Under the pieces are notes generated by a model. That model was not told where the DNA came from. It was given only the letters and a program-made list of their open reading frames with translations, and ran no database searches. From positions 768,001 through 832,000 of the forward strand of contig CBDBLO010000002.1 in assembly GCA_965207075.1 (NCBI GenBank): 64,000 bases of DNA. The letters run 5' to 3'. Origin of the DNA: Nitrosopumilus sp. (GTDB taxonomy: Archaea; Thermoproteota; Nitrososphaeria; Nitrososphaerales; Nitrosopumilaceae). The position numbers were made by a program, and so were the translations under genes. Positions 49,998 to 58,813 of the stretch are shown piece after piece (position 1 is the stretch's first letter; each line of letters begins with the position of its first letter).

Positions 49998-50591
49998 GTG
50001 ATGCCGCCCTTTTACGTATCCAAGAGGCCCGGGGGCCCCCGCAGGCAGGTGCGCCGGGACTCGGGGGGAAAGAAGAGGCCGGCGCGCTCGTACCGCAACT
50101 CGGGATATGGCAAGGGCGATTCACGCGACGGCGGCGCCGGCCGCGGCGCCAACCGCGGAGGGCCCCGGCGCGGCGCGCGCCAGCAGGGCCGCGCCAAGCC
50201 GGCGCGCCGGAACGGGTACGACACGCGCAGCAGCGGCAGCAGCAGCGGCAGCAGCGGCGCAGGCGCGCCGAAAGGCTCGGGATTTTACGACGCGGTTCGT
50301 GAGAGACTCTTTGAGATGCTCGGTGGCAAGGTATGCTCAGGCTGCGGGTTCAGGGATCCCAGGGCCCTTGGCATCGCCTCCCGGTACGGGGATGCCCCGT
50401 TTGACTCCGTCGGCAGGGGAGGGCCGATCTCGTCGTCTTGGTCCCGGTATGAGTCGGATCCGGAGCTGGCGTCATCGGAGCTGATGGTACTGTGTCTCAA
50501 CTGCAACCGCATAAGGGAACCCATCTCAAGGAAGGACTCGGGTGACGCCCGCGCCGACAAGAAGGCAAGGGGGCGGAGATTTCCGCGCTAG
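49998..50591 (+). CDS. hypothetical protein, R/G-rich N-terminus and C4 zinc-binding (HNH-like) C-terminus
   Basis: LGGKVCSGCGFRDPRAL...VLCLNCNRI. Confidence 0.75.
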   Translation: MMPPFYVSKRPGGPRRQVRRDSGGKKRPARSYRNSGYGKGDSRDGGAGRGANRGGPRRGARQQGRAKPARRNGYDTRSSGSSSGSSGAGAPKGSGFYDAVRERLFEMLGGKVCSGCGFRDPRALGIASRYGDAPFDSVGRGGPISSSWSRYESDPELASSELMVLCLNCNRIREPISRKDSGDARADKKARGRRFPR

Positions 50592-50711
50592 CTGTAATGT
50601 CCGGCGGGAGCGCGGGCGCGGCATCAGTCCTGGTAGTGGCGGCGGCGGGACATGCGAGGCAAGCGGCAGAATACAATAAACTATAAATTGTTAGATCGTC
50701 CAAAATTTGGC

Positions 50712-50846
50712 ATGGGCAAAATCGGATTCAAGCCAGAGTGGATGAGATCCCACACCAAACGTGCCAGAGAGTTTGATGAGCAGTACACGGGCAAGGAACC
50801 GGCATTGGACTTGGACGGGTACGTGAAGTGGCTTCATGGTACGTAG
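50712..50846 (+). CDS. small putative antitoxin
   Basis: 44 aa, TATAAAT ~25 bp upstream, overlaps the next ORF; lower GC than flanks. Confidence 0.5.
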   Translation: MGKIGFKPEWMRSHTKRAREFDEQYTGKEPALDLDGYVKWLHGT

Positions 50847-51150
50847 TAACAAACCCATTTGGAAGCTGGTACGATATGACCGCTTCCAAAGCGATTTTCT
50901 TCGATTGAGTCCTGAGGGACAGTGGATAGTCAAGAACACACTGAATGCCATGGTACATAAGAAGAACCCTACTGCGGTTTATCAAAACGAGGTTTGTGAT
51001 GAGTGTCTTCCTGATTTGTATTTGTTCGGCGTACATGATGACGGGATTGGAAACAAGAAGCTAGCACTGCTAATCCACCTTGACAGAAAGAGGAAGATCC
51101 TGTGCCCAGTGTCAGTGTATAAGGCGAGATTGCCCAACCACACAAACTAG
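50836..51150 (+). CDS. putative RelE/ParE-like toxin
   Basis: WKLVRYDRFQSDFLRL...KNP...LALLIHLD...ILCPVSV fits the RelE/ParE size and layout. Confidence 0.5.
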   Translation: MVRSNKPIWKLVRYDRFQSDFLRLSPEGQWIVKNTLNAMVHKKNPTAVYQNEVCDECLPDLYLFGVHDDGIGNKKLALLIHLDRKRKILCPVSVYKARLPNHTN

Positions 51151-51364
51151 TATGCTGAAGCCTTGGGCACGGGGCCTGAATCATCGTCTTGATCTTGCTA
51201 CTATTTGACAGTGGTTCTCATCACACACGTTCTTGATATCCCCTGCCTGACTCCATTCCTATTCAGGTTCCGCCGCTTCCCAGCCCCGGCAGCGCTCAAT
51301 GTTTAATTATCCCGGTTCGGGCACCAACCGCATGGACTCGGACACAAAGGCACTGGGACTGTCC

Positions 51365-51793
51365 CTAATTGCCATGGTCGGAATCGTCGGAATCTACGTC
51401 GTCTTTTTCACGTAGGCGCTTTGCAATCATGACGGAGTCGTCGGGCTTGGCACCGTCTCTACTCCCGTCATAGTCGTCACCGTCCACACCGCGGGGGCCG
51501 CGACACGTGCGGGCCATGACCAGCTTGTGCTCCTGTTCTGTTACCGACTGGACAAAGTCCGCAAACGCCTCCACGGCCGACTCGTCCCTCAGCAGTATGC
51601 TATGTGACGAGCCGTCTGCAAGCGATATGACCACCTCGTTTCCTACGGAGTTTACAACGGCCTTGACGAACGTCTGCGCCTCCTCCGTGTCGGGGTCTCT
51701 GACCAGTATCAGGCTTGCAAGCTTCTGCGCCTCGTATCCGTCCTCGCAGGGTATTACGATTGTGGCGTCGTTCTCGCGTGACACGCGCCTCAC
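51365..51793 (-). CDS. hypothetical protein downstream of trpS
   Basis: 4-bp overlap with the trpS stop; coding-like composition. Confidence 0.7.
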   Translation of the reverse strand: MRRVSRENDATIVIPCEDGYEAQKLASLILVRDPDTEEAQTFVKAVVNSVGNEVVISLADGSSHSILLRDESAVEAFADFVQSVTEQEHKLVMARTCRGPRGVDGDDYDGSRDGAKPDDSVMIAKRLREKDDVDSDDSDHGN

Positions 51794-52944
51794 CTGTTGC
51801 CGCCGCTACCGCCGTCATCCCAGCCGCCGCCGCAGTCATCCTCCAGCAGGAACTGCCCAAGCGTGTCCCTTGCCTCTTCCCGCCGCGCCTGATGTACCTC
51901 CAGAAACGCGTTGATCTTCTCGATCAGTATGGACTTTAGCTCGCCGGTCAGCATCTTTCCTGACCTGTAGTCGTCGTGGATCTTTTTCAGCTTTGCATCG
52001 TCTGGCTCAAAGAACATCTTCAGATACTGGTATGACACGTCCACGTCCGGGTCGCCCCCAAGCTTGCGGTGCTGCTCCACGTCCGGCTGCCCCCCCGAGA
52101 AGGCGTACTTGTTTACCTTCTTTCTGACCTGCGCGGGCGTGTCGGTGGTGTATATGGTGCCCGTCTCAGACGACGCCGACATCTTGCCGCCGGGCCCCTC
52201 GAGCGCGGGCATCATCACGTTGTGCATCAGGGCCGGCTTGTGCCTGCCCATCCTGGGCGCCACGTCGCGCGTCAGCCTAAAGTGCGGGTCCTGGTCCACC
52301 CCCAGCGGGATCAGCACGGGATCGTCCTCCAGAAAGCAGGGGGCCGACTGGAGCGACGTGTAGAATATCATGCCCAGGTTGGTCTCGTTTGTAAACCCGA
52401 ACACCGCCTTTGCGTTTGAAAAGTTCAGCCTCTTTGCGACTTGGGCCGCAATCGGATACAGCGTCCTGATGTTTTTCGTGTCTATTATGATCCTGGTGTT
52501 GCGTGGCTTGAATCCGAGCGCCACAAAGTCGAGCGCGTTTTCGAGCGCGTACTGCGTGGCGTCGCCCATCGCAAGCGCGTCCTTTGAGAAGAACTTTTCG
52601 TCGTCGGTAAGCTGAAAGTACATCTTGACGTCGAACTTGTCCTGCAGCCATTTTGCAAAGACCCACGGGAGCAGGTGCCCTATGTGGGTGTGCCCGGACG
52701 GACCCCTCCCCGTATACAGGAAGAACTTCTGCCCGTTCTCGTACCTGTCAAGTATGCCGCCGAGGTCCCTGTGGGAGAAGAATATGCGCCTGCGAACCAT
52801 GTAGTGATCCTCCCCGGCAAGCCTGAAGAGCCTCGACCTCAGCTCGTCGGTGATGCGCTCCGTCCCGAACCTTTCGATGAGCCTGTCATAGTCTATCTTG
52901 CCCTCTGTCCTCCAAGGCGTCACGACAAACTCGTCTTCTGGCAT
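51790..52944 (-). CDS. trpS: tryptophan--tRNA ligase
   Basis: YTGRGPS, HIGH, DQDPHFR, KMSAS, AFSGG. Confidence 0.97.
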   Translation of the reverse strand: MPEDEFVVTPWRTEGKIDYDRLIERFGTERITDELRSRLFRLAGEDHYMVRRRIFFSHRDLGGILDRYENGQKFFLYTGRGPSGHTHIGHLLPWVFAKWLQDKFDVKMYFQLTDDEKFFSKDALAMGDATQYALENALDFVALGFKPRNTRIIIDTKNIRTLYPIAAQVAKRLNFSNAKAVFGFTNETNLGMIFYTSLQSAPCFLEDDPVLIPLGVDQDPHFRLTRDVAPRMGRHKPALMHNVMMPALEGPGGKMSASSETGTIYTTDTPAQVRKKVNKYAFSGGQPDVEQHRKLGGDPDVDVSYQYLKMFFEPDDAKLKKIHDDYRSGKMLTGELKSILIEKINAFLEVHQARREEARDTLGQFLLEDDCGGGWDDGGSGGNR

Positions 52945-53113
52945 GCGCGCAGATGCAGCGCGGGATTAAAAAAGTCTTTTTTGAAGGGTTCTGCGGCATG
53001 GACAGCTCGCCGCCTGTAACACCCGCGGCGCGTTGGCCGCCGATCACGGGCTGGATCTTCTGCGACGGAATTCTCCCCCTCCCGAACAACTGACAACGCA
53101 GTTTTGAATCATC

Positions 53114-53335
53114 TCACCGCAGTCTTAAGAACTCCTCTTTTGATAAGCCCGTCTGATTTATTATTGCACGCAAGGTTCCTCTCGCTATTTCTTTGTGGTT
53201 TGGGATGGTTAATTTTCTATATGGGTAGCTTTCATTCCTTAGTATAATGTGACCTCCTGATTGATGATCTACAAGATACCCAATCTTGGCTAGCATTTTT
53301 ATCAGATCTCTTGCAGATACTATGGGCAGCCTCAT
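53114..53335 (-). CDS. hicA: HicA-family toxin
   Basis: HQSGGHIIL...TIPNHKEIARGTLRAII. Confidence 0.9.
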   Translation of the reverse strand: MRLPIVSARDLIKMLAKIGYLVDHQSGGHIILRNESYPYRKLTIPNHKEIARGTLRAIINQTGLSKEEFLRLR

Positions 53336-53384
53336 CCCTCTTGTGAAATGACGCTGATAACAAAAGACGTTCTATCCTTGGCGT

Positions 53385-53597
53385 TCAGACCTGTATGTCG
53401 ACAGTCTCTTCATGAATGGAAAACGGAATTGGCTCATCATGTTTTTTAAGACTGGTAATGTATCCGGAGATTGCATCCTTGATGTTTTCCAAAGCTGCAT
53501 CTCTCGTGCTTCCTTGTGATATGCACCCCGGAAGTTCCGGAACCTCGGATGTGAATGCCCCATCCTCGTCTTGTTTTATGAGCACTCGAAACTTCAT
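53385..53597 (-). CDS. hicB: HicB-family antitoxin (short, no DNA-binding domain)
   Basis: DEDGAF...VPELPGCISQGSTRDAALENIKDAI. Confidence 0.9.
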   Translation of the reverse strand: MKFRVLIKQDEDGAFTSEVPELPGCISQGSTRDAALENIKDAISGYITSLKKHDEPIPFSIHEETVDIQV

Positions 53598-53779
53598 CCC
53601 TGCGTATATTTGCGGCCTCCATTATAAAAGTATGAGGCGATTCGGCGCATGAGTTCACGATCCCCTAAAACTGGGCGTCAACTTCGTATTCATGCAGATG
53701 CCGCCGACCCTGCCGTTCACGCAGTCACCCGCGGCCCCTGCGATTACATTCATAATGCTTGCGTCCCCCCCAGCGTTCA

Positions 53780-55237
53780 ATGCCGGAGATGGTGCTGCAC
53801 ATAATAGAGAAAAAAATAATCTCGTCCCTCCGCTCCGAGCCCCACCAGTCACTCGGCAGGCTGGCCGGTTCTGCCGGGCTCTCGCTTGACCAGGCGCGCC
53901 GCGGGGTCGAGTGGCTGCGCCACAAGGGGCTCGCCGAGGTGTCCGAATCCGAGGAGGCTGCAATATCGCTTGGCAAAAACGGCATGCGCCTTCCGCACAC
54001 GATGCTTCCGGAAAGACAGCTTTTGGACATGCTGTTGAAGGGGGGGCCGCAGGAGATGCCCGTCCTTCGGGAAAACATGGGCCCGCTGTTTGGGGCGGCC
54101 ATGGGGATTGTAAAGAGAAACGGGTGGGCCGCCACAAGGTCCGAGAAGGGGCGCATCGTCGTATCCGCCGCCCCGCCCAGGGACATCCCGGGGATGCTGC
54201 CCGGCGAGGCCACCCTGCGCGCGCTTGCGGGCGCCAAGGGAGGTCCCATAAGCGCAGAATCGGTGGATTCCTCGGATCTGGAGTCGCTGCTCCGGCGGCC
54301 CGAGCTAGTCACAAAGACCGTCACAAAGACAAAGCACGTCTCGCTGTCCGAGGCCGCCGGGAGCGTCGACGCGTCATTCGACGAGGAGGGCCGGGAGGGG
54401 GGCGCCAAGGCGGGCGCGATAGACGTGGGGGCAGACGTGCCGGCCGCGCCGCGCGGGCGCAGGCACCCGCTCAAGGAGGTCATATCCGAAATAAGGGAGA
54501 TATTTGTCACCATGGGGTTCTCGGAGGTGTCCGGCAGCGTGGTGCAGCCGTGCTTTTGGAACTTTGACGCGCTGCTCACCCCTCAGGACCACCCCTCAAG
54601 GGAGATGCAGGACACGTTCTACCTGGACGTTGCGCCCGGCGGGCTCGACTCGACGCCGGCGCACGTCAGGCGCGTCTCAAGGGCGCACAGGGACACGTGG
54701 CGCCAGAAGTGGGATGCCGCCGAGGCAGCAAGGATGGTACTGCGCACGCACACCACCTGCGTCACGCTGCGTCGCCTCCTGCAGTCGCCGGACGCCCTGG
54801 GCGACGCGCGGATATTCTCGCTTGGGCGCGTGTTTAGGAACGAGAAGACCAGCTACAAGCACCTGGCCGAGTTTACCCAGGTGGAGGGCGTGGTTCACGA
54901 GGCCGGCTCCACCATACGGGGCCTGATGGGGATACAGGCAGAGTTTTACCGCAGGCTCGGACTCCCGAAAGTAAGGTTCTGGCCCACCTTCTTCCCGTAT
55001 ACGGAGCCCTCGTTCCAGTCGATGGTATACAATGAGAGGCTCGGCAAGTGGGTCGAGCTGTTCGGCATGGGCATATTCCACCCGCACGTGACCCGGGGAC
55101 TGAAGCACCCCGTGCTGGCCTGGGGCGGCGGGGTGGAGCGCATTGCGATGCTAAAGTACGGCGTGGACGACGTGCGGGAGTTTTACGCGAACAACCTGGG
55201 GCTGCTGCGCGGCATGAGGCGGAGGGACGACGCGTAG
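53780..55237 (+). CDS. pheS: phenylalanine--tRNA ligase alpha subunit
   Basis: WNFDALLTPQDHPSREMQDTFY, LRTHTT, FRNE, FPYTEPS, GMGIF. Confidence 0.97.
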   Translation: MPEMVLHIIEKKIISSLRSEPHQSLGRLAGSAGLSLDQARRGVEWLRHKGLAEVSESEEAAISLGKNGMRLPHTMLPERQLLDMLLKGGPQEMPVLRENMGPLFGAAMGIVKRNGWAATRSEKGRIVVSAAPPRDIPGMLPGEATLRALAGAKGGPISAESVDSSDLESLLRRPELVTKTVTKTKHVSLSEAAGSVDASFDEEGREGGAKAGAIDVGADVPAAPRGRRHPLKEVISEIREIFVTMGFSEVSGSVVQPCFWNFDALLTPQDHPSREMQDTFYLDVAPGGLDSTPAHVRRVSRAHRDTWRQKWDAAEAARMVLRTHTTCVTLRRLLQSPDALGDARIFSLGRVFRNEKTSYKHLAEFTQVEGVVHEAGSTIRGLMGIQAEFYRRLGLPKVRFWPTFFPYTEPSFQSMVYNERLGKWVELFGMGIFHPHVTRGLKHPVLAWGGGVERIAMLKYGVDDVREFYANNLGLLRGMRRRDDA

Positions 55238-57025
55238 ATGCCGGTAGTGGAGCTGTCGTACGAGAGGCTGGAGGGACTGGTGTCCCAAGGCGGCACGCGC
55301 GTGTCGCGGGACGAGATATCCGAGAGACTCCCGTACCTGGGGCTTGACATAGAGTCTGATGACGGCGACGCGGTGCGCATAGAGTACAGCCCCAACAGGC
55401 CGGACTATGCCACCGACGTGGGGGTCTCGCTTGCGCTGCAGGGCCTGCTTGGCGTCAGGGTGGGGCCGGTGCCGCTTGATGCGGCCCCCCCCGCCCCGTC
55501 GGGGCCGGACCTGATCGTGGCAAGGCGGTCGGTGGCCGGCGTGCGCCCGGTCATCACGGGCATAGTGGCAAGGGGCGGGGCGCTCGACGACCACATGCTG
55601 CGGCAGCTGGTCACGCTGCAGGAGGACCTGCACCTCGGGCTGGGCCGCGGCCGCAGAAAGGTGGCCATAGGACTGCACGACGCCTCAAAGATAACCGGCG
55701 GGTTTCCCCTCACGTATACGGCCGTGCCCGCGGGCCACAGGTTTGTGCCGCTCAACGAGACAAAGGAGATGACCATATCCCAGATCATAAAGGGGACGAA
55801 GGCGGGCCGCGCGTACGGCCACCTGGTGGCGGGACATGAAAGGTTCCCCGTCATCCTCGATGGCGGCGGCAACACCGTATCGCTGCCCCCGATTATAAAC
55901 TCGGCAATGACTGCGGTTACAACCGGCACGACTGACATCTTTGTGGATGTCACGGGCGTATCCCGGCATGCGGCAGAGGACGCCCTTGCCATAGTGGCGG
56001 TCACGCTGCGCGCCGCGGGGTTCTCCCTGGAGCGGATCGGGATCGGGGGCGGCCGGAACAGGACCCCCCCGCTTGAGACCCGCACCATACCAGTATCGGT
56101 GGGACGTGCCAACGAGATGCTCGGGCTGGGGCTGTCCGTGTCAGACGCGGCGTCGTGCCTTGAGAGGTGCAGGCTGCAGCCCGTGCCGCAGGATAGCAGC
56201 GGTGGCGGCCAAAACGATGTCATACCGTGCCTGGTGCCGCCGCACAGGCCAGACATCGTGTCAGAGGTCGACTTGGTCGAGGAGATCGCCCTGGGATACG
56301 GCACGTGGCGCATACGGCCCGTGCTGTCGCCGTCCAAGACGTTCGGGGCCTATGACGCCGCGTCGGTTACACATGACGCGATCGACATGGCAATGGTCGG
56401 GATGGGGTACGTCGAGGCTCTTAACCCCGGCCTGAGCAACGCGCGCATACTGTACGAGATGGCAGGCCGCCGGACGCCCCCCCGGAGCCGCATGATCTCG
56501 GCAGTTGATTCGAAGAGCCGCGAACATTCCGTGCTGCGCGACTCGCTACTCCCCGGGCTCGTAGAGAACCTGTCCAGGAACATACACGAGGAATACCCTC
56601 AGAAGCTGTACGAGACCGGAACCGTGTTCCTGAGGGGCGGGCGCAGGGCGGCGGGTTCCAGCAAGCGGGCAGATGATGCCCCCCCCGTGTCTGAGAGGAT
56701 GCACGTGGCGGCCGTCGCGGCGCACACCGACTCGGGCTTTTCAGAGGCAAAGTCCGTGCTGCAGACCGTCCTTGGCGCGGCCGTTTCAGACGCGTCGGAG
56801 ATACGCACCGCGCCTGCGCTGCACCACATGTTTGCAGACGGCAGGTGCGCAAAGGTCTCCATCATCATACGCGATGACGCCGGCGGGGGCCGCGCGCGCG
56901 GACGCCGCCACGTCATAGGATACGCGGGCGAGATAGACCCCGCCATACTATCTGCATATAGGATCAGGGTTCCGGCAGCCGGATTTGAGGTGTCGCTACC
57001 TGACGTGCCGCCTGCCGCGGCGTAG
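55238..57025 (+). CDS. pheT: phenylalanine--tRNA ligase beta subunit
   Basis: SPNRPD, AIGLHD, SLPPIINS, DLVEEIA, LRDSLLPGL; adjacent to pheS. Confidence 0.96.
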   Translation: MPVVELSYERLEGLVSQGGTRVSRDEISERLPYLGLDIESDDGDAVRIEYSPNRPDYATDVGVSLALQGLLGVRVGPVPLDAAPPAPSGPDLIVARRSVAGVRPVITGIVARGGALDDHMLRQLVTLQEDLHLGLGRGRRKVAIGLHDASKITGGFPLTYTAVPAGHRFVPLNETKEMTISQIIKGTKAGRAYGHLVAGHERFPVILDGGGNTVSLPPIINSAMTAVTTGTTDIFVDVTGVSRHAAEDALAIVAVTLRAAGFSLERIGIGGGRNRTPPLETRTIPVSVGRANEMLGLGLSVSDAASCLERCRLQPVPQDSSGGGQNDVIPCLVPPHRPDIVSEVDLVEEIALGYGTWRIRPVLSPSKTFGAYDAASVTHDAIDMAMVGMGYVEALNPGLSNARILYEMAGRRTPPRSRMISAVDSKSREHSVLRDSLLPGLVENLSRNIHEEYPQKLYETGTVFLRGGRRAAGSSKRADDAPPVSERMHVAAVAAHTDSGFSEAKSVLQTVLGAAVSDASEIRTAPALHHMFADGRCAKVSIIIRDDAGGGRARGRRHVIGYAGEIDPAILSAYRIRVPAAGFEVSLPDVPPAAA

Positions 57026-57328
57026 CAGCGCCGAGGCCGCCCTGGGCACGCACATTACGGCACCCGCGCCAAATATTGCGGCCCCGATGACAAACTCTGT
57101 TACAAGCCGGCCGTGCAGCGACCTCTGCTCCGCGTCGCCTGCGGCCGACATCGCCGCGTCGCCTGCATCCGCGCCAAATCCCCCTAGGTACTCGATCTGC
57201 GGATAGTCAAACGTCATGATCAGAGCCCCCAGCACCATGCATGTGACGCCTGCAAGCGGCACGGCAGTCGACGGTGCGGCGGGCCAGGCCGGCGGTTTGC
57301 CCATCTTCATCACGCGGGTGTCTTGCAC
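56996..57328 (-). CDS. small two-TM membrane protein
   Basis: two hydrophobic segments around FDYPQIEYL; start uncertain. Confidence 0.65.
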   Translation of the reverse strand: MQDTRVMKMGKPPAWPAAPSTAVPLAGVTCMVLGALIMTFDYPQIEYLGGFGADAGDAAMSAAGDAEQRSLHGRLVTEFVIGAAIFGAGAVMCVPRAASALLRRGRRHVR

Positions 57329-57430
57329 GTGCCGTTTAATCCTATACGTGCAGCCGGCCGCTTGCAGCCCGTGCGACGCCTTCAGGCCGTCGAGTCCGCG
57401 GCCATCTGATGCCGGCCGGCGACCTCTAGG

Positions 57431-57551
57431 TGGAGGAGGCGGGATTTGAACCCACGAACTCCTGAGAGACAGGATCGCCCATGTTTGATCTTAAGTCCTG
57501 CATGTCCAAAAGCCGTTACGGCTTGCTTTGGCCAGGCTTGATTACTCCTCC
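57431..57551 (-). tRNA. tRNA-Leu (TAA) with two introns
   Basis: GGAGGAG/CTCCTCC acceptor, long variable arm; cloverleaf forms only after removing ~22 nt in the D-arm (57504-57525) and ~14 nt 3' of the anticodon (57476-57489). Confidence 0.85.
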
Positions 57552-57752
57552 TCTTTTCTCAATGATGCCGCGTGAGATTTAACGGTTTGTCACTGCCTGC
57601 GCGTACGCGCTCTGGTCGGTTGGCGCCGTGTGCGTAAGCAGGGCGCGAGATACGGTCATTCCAGTTAGTCCGCCGCCGGCAGGCGCAGCCCGGCTGCAGG
57701 CCCTGCTGTATAGGCCGCCTCTTCTTCGTGGTTCGCGTGAGCGGCCCTGCGC

Positions 57753-58286
57753 TTGATGAGCGTAACTAATATAGGCCGCATAGTCCGTCAAGCCAAATTG
57801 CAAGTAGTGCCAGAGGATAGGATGACGCTTTTCTCTGAGATGGAGTCAAAGTACGAGTCGCGCGACACCGAATATTTTGTGAGTCTCCTGGACCATCCGG
57901 ACTACGTGGTAAGGACCAGGGCCACCTGCATATTGGTGGACTTTGGCGGGGAGGACAAGGTCGAGTACATTGCGCGGGTTCTAAAGAACGACGAGAACGA
58001 GCTGGTCCGGCACGAGGCGGCCTTTTCGCTGGGCCAGATGGGGCATTCGACGGGAATACCGCCCCTTGCCGACGCCACCCTCAACGATCCGAGCCTCTTT
58101 GTCCGGCACGAGGCGGCAATCGCCCTGGGCGTGGTGGGATCAAGCGAGGCAAAGGAGGCGCTGCAGGGCGCGCTGTCGGATCCCGACAAGCCGGTGGTGG
58201 ACTCCGCCGTGGTGGCTCTTTCAAACATACGATTCATGGAGACGCTCTGCAGAAACGAGCAGTTTGCAAAGCTCACGGGGGGATGA
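57753..58286 (+). CDS. HEAT/PBS-lyase repeat protein
   Basis: LVRHEAAFSLGQMG and FVRHEAAIALG repeats; start uncertain. Confidence 0.9.
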   Translation: MMSVTNIGRIVRQAKLQVVPEDRMTLFSEMESKYESRDTEYFVSLLDHPDYVVRTRATCILVDFGGEDKVEYIARVLKNDENELVRHEAAFSLGQMGHSTGIPPLADATLNDPSLFVRHEAAIALGVVGSSEAKEALQGALSDPDKPVVDSAVVALSNIRFMETLCRNEQFAKLTGG

Positions 58287-58290
58287 ACTG

Positions 58291-58755
58291 CTGGCAAACT
58301 TTTCCTATGGCGTGATTGCGGCAGTGGGCATCCTGGTTGCGGTATCCCTCGGGTTCGTCGCGATGGATCCTGACGAGATTGTCGCCGAGAGGGCGCCCGA
58401 GCCGGCCGCAATGGTGCCGGGCCTGCCGCCCGCCGATGAAGCGGAGGTTGCAGAATCGCCGCCGCCCATCGTCTCGATGCCCCTTGGAACGTCCACCCCG
58501 GAATGCAAGGCCGACAACACCTGCTACCTGCCGTACAATCTGGAGGTGGCAGCCGGCACCGCCGTCACGTGGGTCAACGATGACACTGCGGCCCATACCG
58601 TAACCAGCGGGACGACGGATGGCATAACCGATCTGTTTGACTCCGGGCTTGTCATGCCAGAGGCCTCGTTTGAGTACGTGTTTGACGAGGCCGGCACCTA
58701 CGACTATTTCTGCATAGTCCATCCGTGGATGACCGGAATAGTCACAGTGTCATGA
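58291..58755 (+). CDS. membrane-anchored blue copper (plastocyanin/cupredoxin) protein
   Basis: N-terminal TM helix; AAHTVTSG and YDYFCIVHPWMTG type-1 Cu ligands; no ATG/GTG/TTG between the HEAT stop and NFSYG, so the start is uncertain. Confidence 0.9.
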   Translation: MANFSYGVIAAVGILVAVSLGFVAMDPDEIVAERAPEPAAMVPGLPPADEAEVAESPPPIVSMPLGTSTPECKADNTCYLPYNLEVAAGTAVTWVNDDTAAHTVTSGTTDGITDLFDSGLVMPEASFEYVFDEAGTYDYFCIVHPWMTGIVTVS

Positions 58756-58813
58756 TAACGGCAGCGATGGTGGTGACGCCGGCGGCACTCGGCCCCTGCG
58801 GGCTGCTGCGCCA

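Noticed and set aside
57753-58286. Deoxyhypusine hydroxylase
   Set aside because: Only two HE motifs and about half the expected length, so only a HEAT-repeat call is supported
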